From an uncultured Enterovirga sp. (lineage in GTDB: Bacteria; Pseudomonadota; Alphaproteobacteria; Rhizobiales; Beijerinckiaceae): a stretch of 56,082 nt of DNA. The notes under the pieces were generated by a model. The model made no database searches. It saw nothing but the letters and a program-made list of their open reading frames with translations, and was not told where the DNA came from. The DNA is taken from NCBI GenBank assembly GCA_964250725.1, contig CAXUHE010000002.1:7532-63613 (forward strand), in the 5' to 3' direction. The position numbers and the translations under genes were made by a program. Of this stretch, positions 1 through 10,749 are shown one piece after another (positions within the stretch are counted from its first letter, which is position 1; the number at the start of each line of letters is the position of its first letter).

Positions 1-1599
1 GTCTCGGACGTGGCCCTGCTGAACCGGTTCAGAGGCGCAGCCGACTGGATCGAGGCCGTGCACAGCTTCGACCGCGACCGGCTCCAGGCCGCCCTCGACG
101 CCGTGATCGAGAACCGGCGCGGACGGCTGACGCACGATTTCCGCCTGCGCGCCGCGGCCGGGGCCTATCACTGGTTCCGCCTCAAGGCGCGCCCGGTCAT
201 CGGGCAGGACGGCGAGGTGGTGCGGATCGTCGGGACCGTCGCGGACGTGACGGAGATGAAGACCGCCGAGGACCGCCTTCTGCACGACGCCGTGCACGAC
301 AACCTGACCGGGCTTCCCAACCGGCAGCTCTTCCTCGACCGGCTGGACGCGGCGCTGACCAACGCGGCGGCGTCCGGCGACCTGCGCCCGACCCTCTTCG
401 CCTTCGACCTCGACCGCTTCAAGCGCGTCAACGAGTCGGTCGGGCACGCGGCCGGCGACCAGATCCTCCTCACGCTGTCGCGCCGGATCAGCCGCCTGCT
501 CCGGCCGCAGGACACGCTGGCGCGGATCGCGGGCGACGAGTTCGCGGCGATCATCCTCTCGGAGCGCGTCGAGGAGCGGATCGACACGCTGGCCGACCTC
601 ATCCGCCAGACGATCTCGACACCGATCACCTACGCGGAGCGCGAGATCTTCCTGACGGGCTCGGTCGGCGTCTCGCGATACGATCCCGAGCTCGCCCCGA
701 AGGGGGACGATTTCCTGAAGAGCGCCCAGCTCGCGCTGACGCACGCGAAGCGTCTCGGCGGCGACCAGGTCGTGGCCTTCCGGCCCGGGATGCGCCAGCA
801 GCGCCGCAACGACCGCACCGGGCTGGACAGCGATCTCCGGCGCGCGGTCGATCGCGGCGAGATCCGGGTCGCCTACCAGCCGATCGTCCGGCTGGAGGAC
901 AGGACCATCGCGGGCTTCGAGGCGCTGCTGCGCTGGGACCATCCGCGCTTCGGCCAGGTGAGCCCGCAGGTCTTCATCCCGATCGCGGAGGAGACGGGGC
1001 TGATCGTCGATCTCGGGGTGTTCGCGCTGGAGCGCGCCGCCGCCGAGCTCGCCGCCTGGCAGGCGGCGCTCGACGTCGATCCGCCGATCTTCGCCTCGGT
1101 CAACGTCTCGAGCCGCCAGCTCCTGAAGCACGACCTCCTGCACGACCTGAAGACGGTGCTGGCGCGCACGGGCGTCGCGCCGGGCTCCCTCAAGCTCGAA
1201 CTGACCGAGAGCCTGGTGATGGAGAACCCCGAATACGCGGCCCAGATCCTGAACCGCATCCGCGACCTCGGGGCCGGCCTCTCGCTCGACGATTTCGGCA
1301 CCGGCTACTCGGCGCTGTCCTACCTGCAGCGCTTCCCGTTCGACACGATCAAGATCGACCAGAGCTTCGTGCGGGACCTCGCGCACGGCAAGCCCGTCAT
1401 CCTGCGCTCCATCGTCAAGCTCGCCCAGGAGCTCGGCATGGACGTCGTGGCGGAGGGCGCGGAGACGGAATCGGACGCGATCGAGCTCTACCAGCTCGGC
1501 TGCGACTACGCGCAGGGCTTCGTGTTCTCCGAGGCGATGACGCCAGCGGCTGCCCGCCGCCTCGTCGGAGCCGCGCCCGAGACCGCCGGAGCCCGCTAA
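1..1599 (+). CDS. PAS/PAC-GGDEF-EAL c-di-GMP signalling protein, 5'-truncated by the window edge
   Basis: Frame is open from base 1. PAC-like HDFRLR...YHWFRL...IVGTVADVTE; HDNLTGLPNR, DLDRFKRVN and AGDEF (variant GGDEF); FEALLRW, LELTES, DDFGTGYS, KIDQSF and VAEGAE (EAL domain). Confidence 0.93.
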   Translation, partial: VSDVALLNRFRGAADWIEAVHSFDRDRLQAALDAVIENRRGRLTHDFRLRAAAGAYHWFRLKARPVIGQDGEVVRIVGTVADVTEMKTAEDRLLHDAVHDNLTGLPNRQLFLDRLDAALTNAAASGDLRPTLFAFDLDRFKRVNESVGHAAGDQILLTLSRRISRLLRPQDTLARIAGDEFAAIILSERVEERIDTLADLIRQTISTPITYAEREIFLTGSVGVSRYDPELAPKGDDFLKSAQLALTHAKRLGGDQVVAFRPGMRQQRRNDRTGLDSDLRRAVDRGEIRVAYQPIVRLEDRTIAGFEALLRWDHPRFGQVSPQVFIPIAEETGLIVDLGVFALERAAAELAAWQAALDVDPPIFASVNVSSRQLLKHDLLHDLKTVLARTGVAPGSLKLELTESLVMENPEYAAQILNRIRDLGAGLSLDDFGTGYSALSYLQRFPFDTIKIDQSFVRDLAHGKPVILRSIVKLAQELGMDVVAEGAETESDAIELYQLGCDYAQGFVFSEAMTPAAARRLVGAAPETAGAR

Positions 1600-2693
1600 C
1601 CGGCGACGAGCCGGTTCGCCACGTCCTCGGCGATCGACATCGCGGATGTCAGGCCCGGGCTCTCGATGCCGAAGAGTTGCACGAGACCGCTGACACCGTG
1701 ATCCGCCGGACCGTCGATGACGAAATCGGCCGCGGCCTCGCCCGGTCCGGTGAGCTTCGGCCGAATGCCGGAATAGTCCGGCACGAGCGCGCCGTCCGGC
1801 AGGCCCGGCCAGTAGCGCCGGATGGACGCGTAGAAGCTACGGCCCCGCTCCGGATCGACCTCGTAATCCTCGCGCTCCACCCACTCGACGTCCGGACCGA
1901 ACCGCATGCGCCCGGCGAGGTCGAGCGTGAGGTGGGTGCCGAGCCCGCCATCGACCGGCGCCGGGTAGATCAGCCGCGAGAAGGCGGGTCTGCCCGTGCA
2001 TCCGAAATAGTTGCCCTTCGCGTAGACGAGTCGGGGTATGCGCGCCTGCGGGTAGCCCTCGACGGCCCTCGCGACCGCCTGAGCTCCGAGGCCAGCCGCG
2101 TTCACGACCGCGTCGACCGTCAGCGCACCCGGCTCCTCTCCGCCGTAGCGGACGTCCCAGCCGAGGCGGGTCGGCGCCATGCCTTCGACCGCCGAGTTCA
2201 GCGCCACGACGCCGCCCGCGTCCTCGAGATCGCCCTGGAGCGCCAGCATGAGGGCATGGCTGTCCACGATCCCGGTCGTCTCGGACAGGAGTGCGGCGCG
2301 GCAGGCGAGGTTCGGCTCCATCGCGCGCGCGACCGCGCCGTCGGTGAGTTTGAGGCCCGACACCCCGTTCGTCACGCCCTGCTGGTGGATGCCCTCGATC
2401 TTCTCGCGCTCGAGATCGTTCGTCGCCACCACGAGCTTGCCGCACGCGCGGTGCGGTACGCCGTGCTTCGTGCAGTAGGCGTAGAGCATGCGCCGGCCCT
2501 CGACGCAGTGTCGCGCGCGCAGCGACCCCGTCGGGTAGTACAGCCCCGCGTGGACGACCTCGCTGTTGCGCGAGGACACGCCCGTGCCGATCCCGCACTC
2601 CCGCTCCGCCACGATGACGGAGTGGCCGCGACGCGCGAGCGCGCGGGCAGAGGCCAGCCCGACGACGCCCGCCCCGACGACGAGGATCTCCAT
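1596..2693 (-). CDS. FAD-dependent oxidoreductase, L-2-hydroxyglutarate oxidase (LhgO)/DAO family
   Basis: N-terminal GAGVVG dinucleotide-binding motif, SSRNSEVVHAGLYY, KGNYF, FGPDVEW, YSGIRPK and GIESPGLT, typical of this family. Confidence 0.9.
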   Translation of the reverse strand: MEILVVGAGVVGLASARALARRGHSVIVAERECGIGTGVSSRNSEVVHAGLYYPTGSLRARHCVEGRRMLYAYCTKHGVPHRACGKLVVATNDLEREKIEGIHQQGVTNGVSGLKLTDGAVARAMEPNLACRAALLSETTGIVDSHALMLALQGDLEDAGGVVALNSAVEGMAPTRLGWDVRYGGEEPGALTVDAVVNAAGLGAQAVARAVEGYPQARIPRLVYAKGNYFGCTGRPAFSRLIYPAPVDGGLGTHLTLDLAGRMRFGPDVEWVEREDYEVDPERGRSFYASIRRYWPGLPDGALVPDYSGIRPKLTGPGEAAADFVIDGPADHGVSGLVQLFGIESPGLTSAMSIAEDVANRLVAG

Positions 2694-2697
2694 CAGG

Positions 2698-3117
2698 TCA
2701 CGACCACGGATCGATGAGCGGGATGCCGCAACCGGAGAAGTGCCGGGTGTTGCGGGTGGCGAGCGTCATGCCGTGGACGGACGCGGTCGCGGCGATGAAC
2801 GCGTCCATCGCGTCGAGAGCCCGCCCGCCTCGCTGCGTCTCGGCCATCAGAGTCCCCCAGCGGAGCGAGATCGGCAGATCGACCACGAGGCACCGCCCCG
2901 CGAACCGCTCGAGCAGCTGGTCCTCGAACCAGGACTGAAGCGAGGCCTGCCGCTTTCCGCCAGGCAGGAGACGGATGCCCCGGGCGATCTCCGCAGCGCT
3001 GACCGTGCTGATGAACACGCGCTCCTCGTCGAGGCCGTTGAGCCAATCGAGAACCGCGCGATCTGGCTTCGGGGCCGCCCATTCCGACAGGACGTTCGTG
3101 TCGAGCAGCAGGCTCAC
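2698..3117 (-). CDS. vapC: PIN-domain toxin (VapC family), 139 aa
   Basis: GTG start at 3117 overlaps the antitoxin TGA (GTGA). LLDTNVLSE, SAAEIARG, DAFIAATA and LATRNTRHF are PIN motifs. Confidence 0.9.
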   Translation of the reverse strand: MSLLLDTNVLSEWAAPKPDRAVLDWLNGLDEERVFISTVSAAEIARGIRLLPGGKRQASLQSWFEDQLLERFAGRCLVVDLPISLRWGTLMAETQRGGRALDAMDAFIAATASVHGMTLATRNTRHFSGCGIPLIDPWS

Positions 3118-3374
3118 AAATCGATCGTCCGGGGCGCCGCGAAGGGCCGGTCGAGATCGAGGCCCGATCCCCTCAGGGGCGAATTGGCGAGGAAATCGCC
3201 CAGCGGCACGCGGGGCTTCGTGCGCCGCTCCCACTCCTCGACCGACACGACGACCGCGGTCTCGCGGCCGTTGCGCGTGATCGTCTGCGGCCCCTGCGTC
3301 CGGGCCCGTTCCAGCATCTCGCTGAACCGCGCCTTCGCGGATGCCACGTTCCAGGCGGGCTGTATCGTGCTCAT
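3114..3374 (-). CDS. Phd/YefM-family antitoxin, 86 aa
   Basis: WNVASAKARFSEMLERA...GPQTITRNGRETAVVVSVEEW is the Phd/YefM signature. The gene lies directly upstream of the PIN toxin. Confidence 0.9.
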   Translation of the reverse strand: MSTIQPAWNVASAKARFSEMLERARTQGPQTITRNGRETAVVVSVEEWERRTKPRVPLGDFLANSPLRGSGLDLDRPFAAPRTIDL

Positions 3375-3380
3375 CGCAAA

Positions 3381-3409
3381 AATCTAGTCACTTTGACCTG
3401 TATAGTCAA
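3381..3409 (-). promoter_or_regulatory. Sigma70-type promoter of the TA operon (TTGACT-N17-TAGATT) with overlapping operator-like repeats
   Basis: Minus strand reads TTGACT (3409-3404), 17 nt, then TAGATT (3386-3381). It also contains the inverted repeat TTGAC-N7-GTCAA (3393-3409) and a direct repeat TGACTA at 3408-3403 and 3390-3385. Confidence 0.7.
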
Positions 3410-3441
3410 CATTGTGGATTGCAGTCCAGGACTGTGGTGTC

Positions 3442-4287
3442 TCACAGCATCTCCAGCGGTCGCGCCGCGTGTGGCGGCGGGAAGGCGCGGTCGAGCTCGG
3501 CGAGATCGGCGGGCGTCAGGACGATGTCGAGCGCGGCGCGGTTCTCACGCACGTGCTCCGCCCGTCCGGCCTTCGGGATCGCGATCAGGCCCGGACGGCG
3601 CAGGATCCAGGCGAGCGCGACCTGGGCCGGCGTCGCGCCGTGGCGTTCGCCGACGCGCGCGAGGACGGGGTGGCCCAGCATGCGGCCCTGCTCGACCGGC
3701 GAGTAGGCCATGACCGGGATGGCGCGCTCCCGGCACCAGGGTTCGAGATCGAACTCGATGCCGCGCCGCGTGAGGTTGTAGAGGACCTGGTCGGTCGCGA
3801 CGGCCGACCCTCCGGGCAGTCCCGCGAGCTCGGCCATGTCGTCGAGGTCGAGGTTGCTGACGCCCCAGTGGCGGATCTTGCCCGCCCGCACGAGGTCGTC
3901 GAAGCCCGCGACCGTCTCGGCCAAGGGGACGCCGCCGCGCCAGTGCAGCAGGTAGAGGTCGATCCGGTCGGTGCGCAGGCGCGCGAGGCTGCGCTCGCAG
4001 GCCGCGATCGTGCCGCGCCGGCCGGCGTTCGAGGGCAACACCTTCGAGACCAGGAAGGCGTCGTCCCGCCGTCCATCGAGCGCCTCGCCCACGAGCGTCT
4101 CGGACGCGCCGTCCGCGTACATCTCGGCCGTGTCCACGAGCGTGAGGCCGAGATCGAGACCGAGTCGCAGGGCGGCGATCTCGTCGCGCCGCCGCGCCGG
4201 GTTCTCGGCCATGGTCCAGGTGCCCTGCCCCAGCACGGGCACGGCCTCGCCGGAGGGGAGCTTGGTGGTCGGAACCGGACTCGTCAT
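3442..4287 (-). CDS. Aldo/keto reductase
   Basis: Start [13 protein letters not shown] at 4287. [41 protein letters not shown] and IPKA are AKR motifs. Confidence 0.93.
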   Translation of the reverse strand: MTSPVPTTKLPSGEAVPVLGQGTWTMAENPARRRDEIAALRLGLDLGLTLVDTAEMYADGASETLVGEALDGRRDDAFLVSKVLPSNAGRRGTIAACERSLARLRTDRIDLYLLHWRGGVPLAETVAGFDDLVRAGKIRHWGVSNLDLDDMAELAGLPGGSAVATDQVLYNLTRRGIEFDLEPWCRERAIPVMAYSPVEQGRMLGHPVLARVGERHGATPAQVALAWILRRPGLIAIPKAGRAEHVRENRAALDIVLTPADLAELDRAFPPPHAARPLEML

Positions 4288-4295
4288 CGGGGGGC

Positions 4296-4320
4296 GAACC
4301 GCGCCGGACGGGCGCGGTTC
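4296..4320. other. Perfect 10-bp intergenic hairpin between pckA and the AKR gene
   Basis: GAACCGCGCC-GGACG-GGCGCGGTTC. No U-tract, so it is not called a Rho-independent terminator. Confidence 0.55.
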
Positions 4321-4328
4321 CGGATCGC

Positions 4329-5939
4329 TCAGGCGGCGATCGACATCGCGGGCGCGGCCGCCCGGACGTCGGCGTCGACGTGGTCGGCGAAGCGCGTGAA
4401 GTTCGTCTCGAACATGCCGACGAGCCGTTTCGCGGTCTCCGCGAAGGCCGCCTTGTCCGCCCAGGTCTTCACCGGGTAGAGGATGTGCGGCTCGACGCCC
4501 GGCACCGAGGTCGGCACCGCGAAGCCGAAATACGGGTCGCGCCGGTAGTCGCTCCTCGCGAGCGAGCCGTCGAGCGCGGAGGTGAGGAGCCGTCGCGTGA
4601 CGCGGATCGGCATGCGCCGTCCGGTCCCGTACCCGCCGCCCGTCCAGCCCGTATTGACGAGCCAGCAATCGACGCTGTGCTTGGCGATGAAGTCGCGCAG
4701 CAGGTTCGCGTAGACGGATGGGTGCAGCGGCAGGAAGGGCGAGCCGAAGCAGGTCGAGAACTCGGGCTCGACGCCGACGAGCCCCCGCTCGGTGCCCGCG
4801 ACCTTCGCGGTGTAGCCGGACAGGAAGTGGTACATCGCCTCCGCGGGCGTGAGCTTCGCGATCGGCGGCAGCACGCCGAAGGCGTCCGCTGTCAGCATCA
4901 CGATGTTCTTCGGGATGCCGCCCCGGCCGGTGCGCGACGCGTTCGGGATGAAGTCGAGCGGGTAGGCGGAGCGGGTGTTCTCCGTCTTGGTCTCGTCGTC
5001 GAAATCGACCACGCGGGTGTCGGGGTCGAACACGACGTTCTCCAGCACCGTGCCGAAGCGCAGGCTCGCGTCGTAGATCTGCGGCTCGGCCTCGCGCGAG
5101 AGGCGGATGCACTTCGCGTAGCAGCCGCCCTCGAAGTTGAAGATGCCGCCCTTCGACCAGCCGTGCTCGTCGTCCCCGATCAGCGTGCGGTTCGGGTCGG
5201 CGGAGAGCGTCGTCTTGCCAGTGCCGGAGAGGCCGAAGAAGATCGCGCTGTCGCCCGCCGCATCCTCGTTCGCCGAGCAGTGCATCGGCACGACGCCCTT
5301 CTTCGGCAGCACGTAGTTCAGGTAGGTGAAGACCGACTTCTTCATCTCGCCCGCGTAGGACGAGCCGCCGATCAGCACGATGTTGTTGGTGAAGTCGCAG
5401 GCGACGACCGTCTCCGTGCGGCAGCCGTGGCGGGCGGGGTCCGCCCGGAAGGACGGCAGGTCGACGATCGTGAGCTGCGGCACGTAGCCGGCGAGATCGC
5501 CGCGGTCCGGCCGGATCAGCAGGTTGCGGATGAAGAGCGAGTGCCAGGCGTATTCCGTGAAGACCCGTGCCCGCACGCGATGCGCCGGATCGGCTCCCCC
5601 GTAGAGGTCCTGCGCAAACAGCGTCTTGCCCTCGGCATGGGCCAGGAAATCGGCACGGAGCGTCTCGAACTGGGCCCGCGTGATCGCGCCGTTATTGTCC
5701 CACCAGATCTCGCCCTCGGTCGCCTCGTCGCGCACGACGAACTTGTCCTTCGGGCTGCGGCCGGTATGGCTGCCCGTGTCCGCCGCGAGCGCGCCGCCGT
5801 CGATCAGGCTCGCCTCGCCGCGCACCACCGCCATCTCGGCGAGCTTCGCGGCTTCCATGTTCCAGAATACGGTCTGCAGGTTCCTGAACCCGAAACTCTC
5901 TGCGCCGGCCTCCGGATTGCGTGTACCGATATTGTCCAC
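4329..5939 (-). CDS. pckA: Phosphoenolpyruvate carboxykinase (ATP)
   Basis: GTG start at 5939 after [38 protein letters not shown] (P-loop), [18 protein letters not shown] and ENTR. Sits in the usual rhizobial position near chvIG. Confidence 0.97.
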   Translation of the reverse strand: MDNIGTRNPEAGAESFGFRNLQTVFWNMEAAKLAEMAVVRGEASLIDGGALAADTGSHTGRSPKDKFVVRDEATEGEIWWDNNGAITRAQFETLRADFLAHAEGKTLFAQDLYGGADPAHRVRARVFTEYAWHSLFIRNLLIRPDRGDLAGYVPQLTIVDLPSFRADPARHGCRTETVVACDFTNNIVLIGGSSYAGEMKKSVFTYLNYVLPKKGVVPMHCSANEDAAGDSAIFFGLSGTGKTTLSADPNRTLIGDDEHGWSKGGIFNFEGGCYAKCIRLSREAEPQIYDASLRFGTVLENVVFDPDTRVVDFDDETKTENTRSAYPLDFIPNASRTGRGGIPKNIVMLTADAFGVLPPIAKLTPAEAMYHFLSGYTAKVAGTERGLVGVEPEFSTCFGSPFLPLHPSVYANLLRDFIAKHSVDCWLVNTGWTGGGYGTGRRMPIRVTRRLLTSALDGSLARSDYRRDPYFGFAVPTSVPGVEPHILYPVKTWADKAAFAETAKRLVGMFETNFTRFADHVDADVRAAAPAMSIAA

Positions 5940-6049
5940 CAGGTTTCCTCCGGTCGTTATTGAGAGGCCCGCGGTCATCGCACCGGCGGGATCGACTGGC
6001 GGCATACAAGATAGGAGCGGGCGGCCTCAAGCAATACGCGAAGGTTGTG

Positions 6050-6787
6050 TTAACCGTGGGCGCGCGCCTGTGCCGCGAGATCGACGAGCGTGCGGCGAAG
6101 CGCCCCGGCATCCGTGACACGTTCGGGGAAGACGAGGCGGGCCGTGAGGTCGCCCGCCGCGAGGTCCATGCCTTCGGGGTCGAGTCCTGTCGCGCGCCAC
6201 TCCCCGTCCGGGGCTCCGGCGAGGCGGGTCGCGTAGAGCCGGATCGCGTCGGCATGGTCGTCGTTCATGTGCGCGACCGCGCCTTCCTCGGCGAGGAGGA
6301 GCGGGTCGGCCCCGTCGAGGTCGGTCGCCATCTCGACACCCGTGAGGCGGGCCGCCTTCGCGAAGCCGCCGTTCAGATGGCCAGCCTCGATGACAAGACG
6401 GCGAAAGGTGAAATCCGGGAAGTCGACGTAGAGTTCGGCCTTTGGGTGGCGCGCGAGGAAACGCCGCCGCACCGCCTCGCCGTCCGCGACGTCCAGCCGT
6501 CCCGATACGGTCAGCCTCGGATGCGCCAGCGGATCGCCCTTGCCCGAGGTCGCGAGCAGGATGGAGGCGCGCGGGTCGGCCTCCATGTTCCGGGTGTGGG
6601 CCGAGAGCCGCGAGACCAGGATCAGCGGTGCGCCGCCGGAATCGGTCGCGACCGTGACGAGCGAGGCGAAGGGGGCGCCCGTCTCGGCGTCGAGCGTCGC
6701 GAGCGACCCTGCCCGAACGCTCCGCAACAGCCGTTTCGCGAGCGCCACGCCCTCGAACTCGCCAGCAATCTCCGCTGTCTCCGCCAT
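6050..6787 (-). CDS. HugZ-family pyridoxamine 5'-phosphate oxidase-like protein with C-terminal DUF2470-like domain
   Basis: GSLATL...[46 protein letters not shown] and GLDPEG. ATG at 6787 follows GGAGG. Confidence 0.85.
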   Translation of the reverse strand: MAETAEIAGEFEGVALAKRLLRSVRAGSLATLDAETGAPFASLVTVATDSGGAPLILVSRLSAHTRNMEADPRASILLATSGKGDPLAHPRLTVSGRLDVADGEAVRRRFLARHPKAELYVDFPDFTFRRLVIEAGHLNGGFAKAARLTGVEMATDLDGADPLLLAEEGAVAHMNDDHADAIRLYATRLAGAPDGEWRATGLDPEGMDLAAGDLTARLVFPERVTDAGALRRTLVDLAAQARAHG

Positions 6788-6942
6788 GCCGTGTCCTGCC
6801 TCCTGCCCATCGGATTGGCAAATACCTGCGTCTTGCCTTAATTGATCGGGATATCGCGGATCGCCGGGCACCGATGTACCGGGCGCCGACGAGTGGCTAC
6901 GCCACGGAATGGTCGGATCTTCCGGCCGGTCGAGGAGACCTG

Positions 6943-7641
6943 ATGCCCACCATCGCCCTCGTGGATGACGATCGCAACATCCTGGCCTCGGTGTCGATCG
7001 CCCTCGAATCGGAAGGCTACCGCATCCACACCTATACGGATGGAGCCTCCGCGTTCGATGGGCTGCGCCAGTCGCCGGCCGATCTTGCAATCCTGGACAT
7101 CAAGATGCCCCGCATGGACGGCATGGAGCTCCTGCGGCGGCTGCGCCAGAAGTCCGACATGCCGGTCATCTTCCTGACCTCGAAAGACGAGGAGATCGAC
7201 GAATTGTTCGGCCTCAAGATGGGCGCGGACGATTTCATCCGGAAGCCGTTCTCGCAGCGCCTCCTCGTCGAGCGCGTTAAGGCCGTCCTGCGCCGCGGCG
7301 CCCCCAAGGACGGCGCGCCCACGAAGGAGAGCGACGCCAAGGCGCTGGAGCGGGGCGCACTCAAGATGGATCCCGAGCGCCACACCTGCACCTGGAAGGG
7401 CGAGCCGGTGACGCTGACCGTGACCGAGTTCCTGATCCTGCAGGCGCTGGCGACGCGCCCGGGCGTCGTGAAGAGCCGCAACGCGCTCATGGATGCGGCC
7501 TACGACGACCAGGTCTACGTCGATGACCGGACCATCGACAGCCACATCAAGCGGCTCCGCAAGAAGTTCAAGGTGGCGGACAACGCCTTCGACATGATCG
7601 AGACGCTGTACGGTGTCGGCTACCGTTTCAAGGAAGCCTGA
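6943..7641 (+). CDS. chvI: OmpR-family response regulator ChvI
   Basis: [10 protein letters not shown] after GAGGAG; [37 protein letters not shown] and [10 protein letters not shown]; conserved pckA-chvI-chvG synteny. Confidence 0.95.
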   Translation: MPTIALVDDDRNILASVSIALESEGYRIHTYTDGASAFDGLRQSPADLAILDIKMPRMDGMELLRRLRQKSDMPVIFLTSKDEEIDELFGLKMGADDFIRKPFSQRLLVERVKAVLRRGAPKDGAPTKESDAKALERGALKMDPERHTCTWKGEPVTLTVTEFLILQALATRPGVVKSRNALMDAAYDDQVYVDDRTIDSHIKRLRKKFKVADNAFDMIETLYGVGYRFKEA

Positions 7642-9442
7642 CACGACGCGCGCCGACGCCCGGCCGGGACCCTCGCCCGCGCCCGGCCTCATCGCGCGCC
7701 TGATCAGGCGCGTTCGGCGGATCGCGCGGCGCAGCCTCGGGCGGGCCTCGTCGAGCCTCACGCGCCGCATCGTCGTCCTCAACCTCGCGGGGCTGGTCGC
7801 GCTGCTGATCGGCTTTCTGACGCTGAACCAGTTCCGCCAGGGGCTGATCGAGGCGCGGGTCGGTAGCCTGCTCATCCAAGGCGAGATCATCGCAGGCGCG
7901 ATCACCGCGTCCGCGACCGTCGATACGGGCGCGATCGTGATGGATCCCGACCGCCTCCTCCAGATGCAGGCGGGCGAGCCCCAGAGCCCCTCGGAGGAGA
8001 CGCTCTCACCGCTCGAGTTCTCCATCAACCCGGAGCGCGTCGCGCCGCTCCTGCGCCGCCTCGTGACCCCGACGGGCACGCGCGCCCGGATCTACGACCA
8101 CGAAGGGACGCTGACGCTCGATACGCGCACGCTCTACTCGCGCGGCGACCTTCAACGCGGCGACCTGCAACGCGGCGACCTGCAACGCGTCGAGCCGGCG
8201 CCGCTGAAGAAGAGCGCGCCGAGCCTCGTCGAGCGGGCCTATTCGGGCATCGCCGGCCTGTTCGGGCGCGACCGGCCGGCGAGCGAGGAGACGGGTCCGA
8301 GCGACGCGCGCAGACTGGCGGAGGTGCAGCGCGCGCTGGCCGGCCAGGCTGCCTCGACTGTGAGGACGAACGAGCGTGGCGAGACCATCGTGTCCGTCGC
8401 CGTGCCGATCCAGCGCCAGCGCGCGGTGCGGGGCGCGCTCCTTCTCTCCACACAGGGCGGCGCGATCGACGCGATTCTCGCGTCCGAGCGCTTCGCCCTG
8501 CTCCAGGTCTTCCTGGTTGCGGCACTCGTCATGATCGTCCTGTCGGCGCTGCTCGCGGGCGCGATCGCGGGGCCTGTTCGCCGGCTCGCGGACGCCGCCG
8601 AGCGCGTGCGGCGGGGCATCAAGTCGCGCCAGGAGATCCCCGACTTCACATCGCGCTCGGACGAGATCGGGCATCTCTCCGGCGCGCTGCGGGACATGAC
8701 GCAGGCGCTCTACAACCGCATCGACGCGATCGAATCCTTCGCGGCCGACGTGGCGCACGAGCTGAAGAACCCGCTCACCTCGCTGAGGAGCGCGGTCGAG
8801 ACCCTGCCCGTCGCCAAGACCGAAAACTCGCGCGAGCGGCTGATGTCGATCATCCAGCACGACGTGCGCCGCCTCGACCGCCTCATCAGCGACATCTCGG
8901 ATGCGTCGCGCCTCGAGGCCGAGCTCGCGCGCTCGGAGACCGAGCCCGTCGACATGCGCCGCCTCCTGGAGACGCTCACCGCCGTCGCGAACGAGCGTCG
9001 CCGTCCGCACGAACCCCGCGTCGTGCTCAGCGTGGATCCGGCGCCGTCGGACGCCTACATGGTGCCCGGCCACGATTCGCGCCTCGGCCAGGTCTTCACC
9101 AACCTCCTCGACAACGCCCGCTCGTTCTCGCCACCCGAGACGGTTGTGGAGGTTCGCCTGCGCCTCGTGCGCGACGGGATCGAGGCCGTGGTCGAGGATC
9201 GCGGTCCCGGCATTCCGGACCACGCGCTGGAGCGGATCTTCGAGCGCTTCTACACCGATCGCCCTGACCACGGCTTCGGACAGAATTCGGGCCTCGGCCT
9301 CTCGATCTCACGCCAGATCGTGGAGGCGCATGGCGGGACCGTCGAGGCCTCGAACCGGGCGGCCGCCGGCACGTCGGCACAGGACACGGGCGCGCGCTTC
9401 ACCACGATCCTGCCGAGGGCGCGGGCGAGCCGCCGCCGGTGA
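7613..9442 (+). CDS. chvG: Sensor histidine kinase ChvG/ExoS (start uncertain)
   Basis: [13 protein letters not shown]1, [20 protein letters not shown]2 and HAMP, H-box [22 protein letters not shown] and [12 protein letters not shown]. The only canonical start before TM1 is the GTG at 7613. Confidence 0.92.
   Translation: MSATVSRKPDTTRADARPGPSPAPGLIARLIRRVRRIARRSLGRASSSLTRRIVVLNLAGLVALLIGFLTLNQFRQGLIEARVGSLLIQGEIIAGAITASATVDTGAIVMDPDRLLQMQAGEPQSPSEETLSPLEFSINPERVAPLLRRLVTPTGTRARIYDHEGTLTLDTRTLYSRGDLQRGDLQRGDLQRVEPAPLKKSAPSLVERAYSGIAGLFGRDRPASEETGPSDARRLAEVQRALAGQAASTVRTNERGETIVSVAVPIQRQRAVRGALLLSTQGGAIDAILASERFALLQVFLVAALVMIVLSALLAGAIAGPVRRLADAAERVRRGIKSRQEIPDFTSRSDEIGHLSGALRDMTQALYNRIDAIESFAADVAHELKNPLTSLRSAVETLPVAKTENSRERLMSIIQHDVRRLDRLISDISDASRLEAELARSETEPVDMRRLLETLTAVANERRRPHEPRVVLSVDPAPSDAYMVPGHDSRLGQVFTNLLDNARSFSPPETVVEVRLRLVRDGIEAVVEDRGPGIPDHALERIFERFYTDRPDHGFGQNSGLGLSISRQIVEAHGGTVEASNRAAAGTSAQDTGARFTTILPRARASRRR
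8141..8189 (+). repeat. 15-bp tandem repeat x3 (plus 4 nt) inside chvG, encoding RGDLQ x3
   Basis: CGCGGCGACCTTCAA CGCGGCGACCTGCAA CGCGGCGACCTGCAA CGCG. Confidence 0.9.
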
Positions 9443-9909
9443 GCCCCGGCGAGATCACGCTTCACGCGACTTGCGTCGTGCTGGGGGAGGACGGGATCCT
9501 AATCCGCGGCGCATCGGGCGTCGGCAAGTCATCGCTCGCGCTCGACCTGATCGACCGCGTGACTGCGGGCGGGCGCTTTGCCCGGCTGATCTCGGACGAC
9601 CGCGTCCGCGTGTCGGGGCGCTCGGGTCGGCTCGTGGCGCGAGCCGTCCCGTCGATCGCGGGCCGGGTGGAGATACGCGGGATCGGCATCGTGGCGATCC
9701 CGCACGAGCCGGCCTGCATCCTGCGTCTCGTGATTGATCTTGATGGAAAGCCGCCTCGCATGCCGGAGCTGCACGCCCGATACGCGGACGTCCTGGACAT
9801 CCGCCTGCCCCGCATCAAGGTCGACCCGAGGGCCGCGCCCGGCGTGCTCCGCCTCTGGAGCGAGATCGGGATCGGGAGAACCATCGCCTCCCTAACGGCC
9901 GAACTGTGA
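9439..9909 (+). CDS. hprK: Short alphaproteobacterial HPr kinase/phosphorylase
   Basis: LHATCV, GILIRGASGVGKS (Walker A), LISDDRV and GRVEIRGIGIV. GTGA overlap with the chvG stop. Confidence 0.9.
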   Translation: MSPGEITLHATCVVLGEDGILIRGASGVGKSSLALDLIDRVTAGGRFARLISDDRVRVSGRSGRLVARAVPSIAGRVEIRGIGIVAIPHEPACILRLVIDLDGKPPRMPELHARYADVLDIRLPRIKVDPRAAPGVLRLWSEIGIGRTIASLTAEL

Positions 9910-10025
9910 CAAGGATGACGCTCTCGTGACCGTTTCGTGAGCAAATGGTCGCATCGCTCTTGCGTTCTGCTTCGCACTGCACAAAAATGGACCCCTACCC
10001 TGCCGGGTCAGGACGACGTTCTCTC

Positions 10026-10427
10026 ATGATTGGTATGGTGCTCGTAACGCACGGGCAGCTCGCGACGGAATTCAGGTCCGCGCTCGAGCATGTCGTCGGC
10101 CCTCAGGACCAGATCGAGACGGTCACGATCGGGCCGGAGGACGACATGGACACGCGACGCCAGGACATCATGGCGGCGGTGCGGCGCGTCAATTCGGGTT
10201 CGGGCGTCGTGGTCCTGACGGACATGTTCGGCGGCACGCCGTCGAACCTCGCGCTGTCCTGCATGAACGGCGGCTCGGTCGAGGTGGTGGCGGGCATCAA
10301 TCTGCCGATGCTGATCAAGCTCGCCTCCGTGCGCGACGAGGAGATCCTGCGCGACGCCGTCCTGCACGCCCAGGAGGCCGGCCGGAAATACATCAACGTC
10401 GCGTCCCGCGTCCTCGCGGGCAAATGA
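10026..10427 (+). CDS. PTS EIIA component, mannose/fructose family (ManX-like)
   Basis: MIGMVLVTHG, VVVLTDMFGGTPSN and AGINLPML. Confidence 0.93.
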   Translation: MIGMVLVTHGQLATEFRSALEHVVGPQDQIETVTIGPEDDMDTRRQDIMAAVRRVNSGSGVVVLTDMFGGTPSNLALSCMNGGSVEVVAGINLPMLIKLASVRDEEILRDAVLHAQEAGRKYINVASRVLAGK

Positions 10428-10738
10428 GCGATCTCGACGCCGAGCCCGAGGCCGAGATCCCCGACGGCGTCGCGCATCGCCGCCTCCTCATCGTCAACCG
10501 AAAGGGCCTGCACGCCCGCGCCTCCGCGAAATTCGTCCAGACGGTCGAGCGCCACGACGCCGTCGTGACGGTCACACGCTCCGGCGAGACCGTCGGAGGC
10601 CGCTCGATCATGGGGCTCCTCACGCTCGGCGCTGCGAAAGGCACCACGATCCTGGTCACGGCCGAGGGGCCGGACGCCGAGGTGAGCCTCGACGCGATCG
10701 CGGCACTGATTGCCGATCGGTTCGGCGAAGAGGAGTAG
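10424..10738 (+). CDS. HPr-family phosphocarrier (NPr/PtsH)
   Basis: NRKGLHARASAKFV and GRSIMGLLTLGAAKG. ATGA overlap with the EIIA gene. Confidence 0.93.
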   Translation: MSDLDAEPEAEIPDGVAHRRLLIVNRKGLHARASAKFVQTVERHDAVVTVTRSGETVGGRSIMGLLTLGAAKGTTILVTAEGPDAEVSLDAIAALIADRFGEEE

Positions 10739-10749
10739 CCCGCCGGCTG

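Noticed and set aside
4288-5112. 556-aa N-terminally extended aldo/keto reductase in the ORF track
   Set aside because: The extension overlaps pckA in another frame, and AKR similarity begins only at the ATG at 4287.
8141-8185. RGD integrin-binding motifs in ChvG
   Set aside because: The domain is periplasmic, and the motif count is a by-product of the 15-bp duplication.
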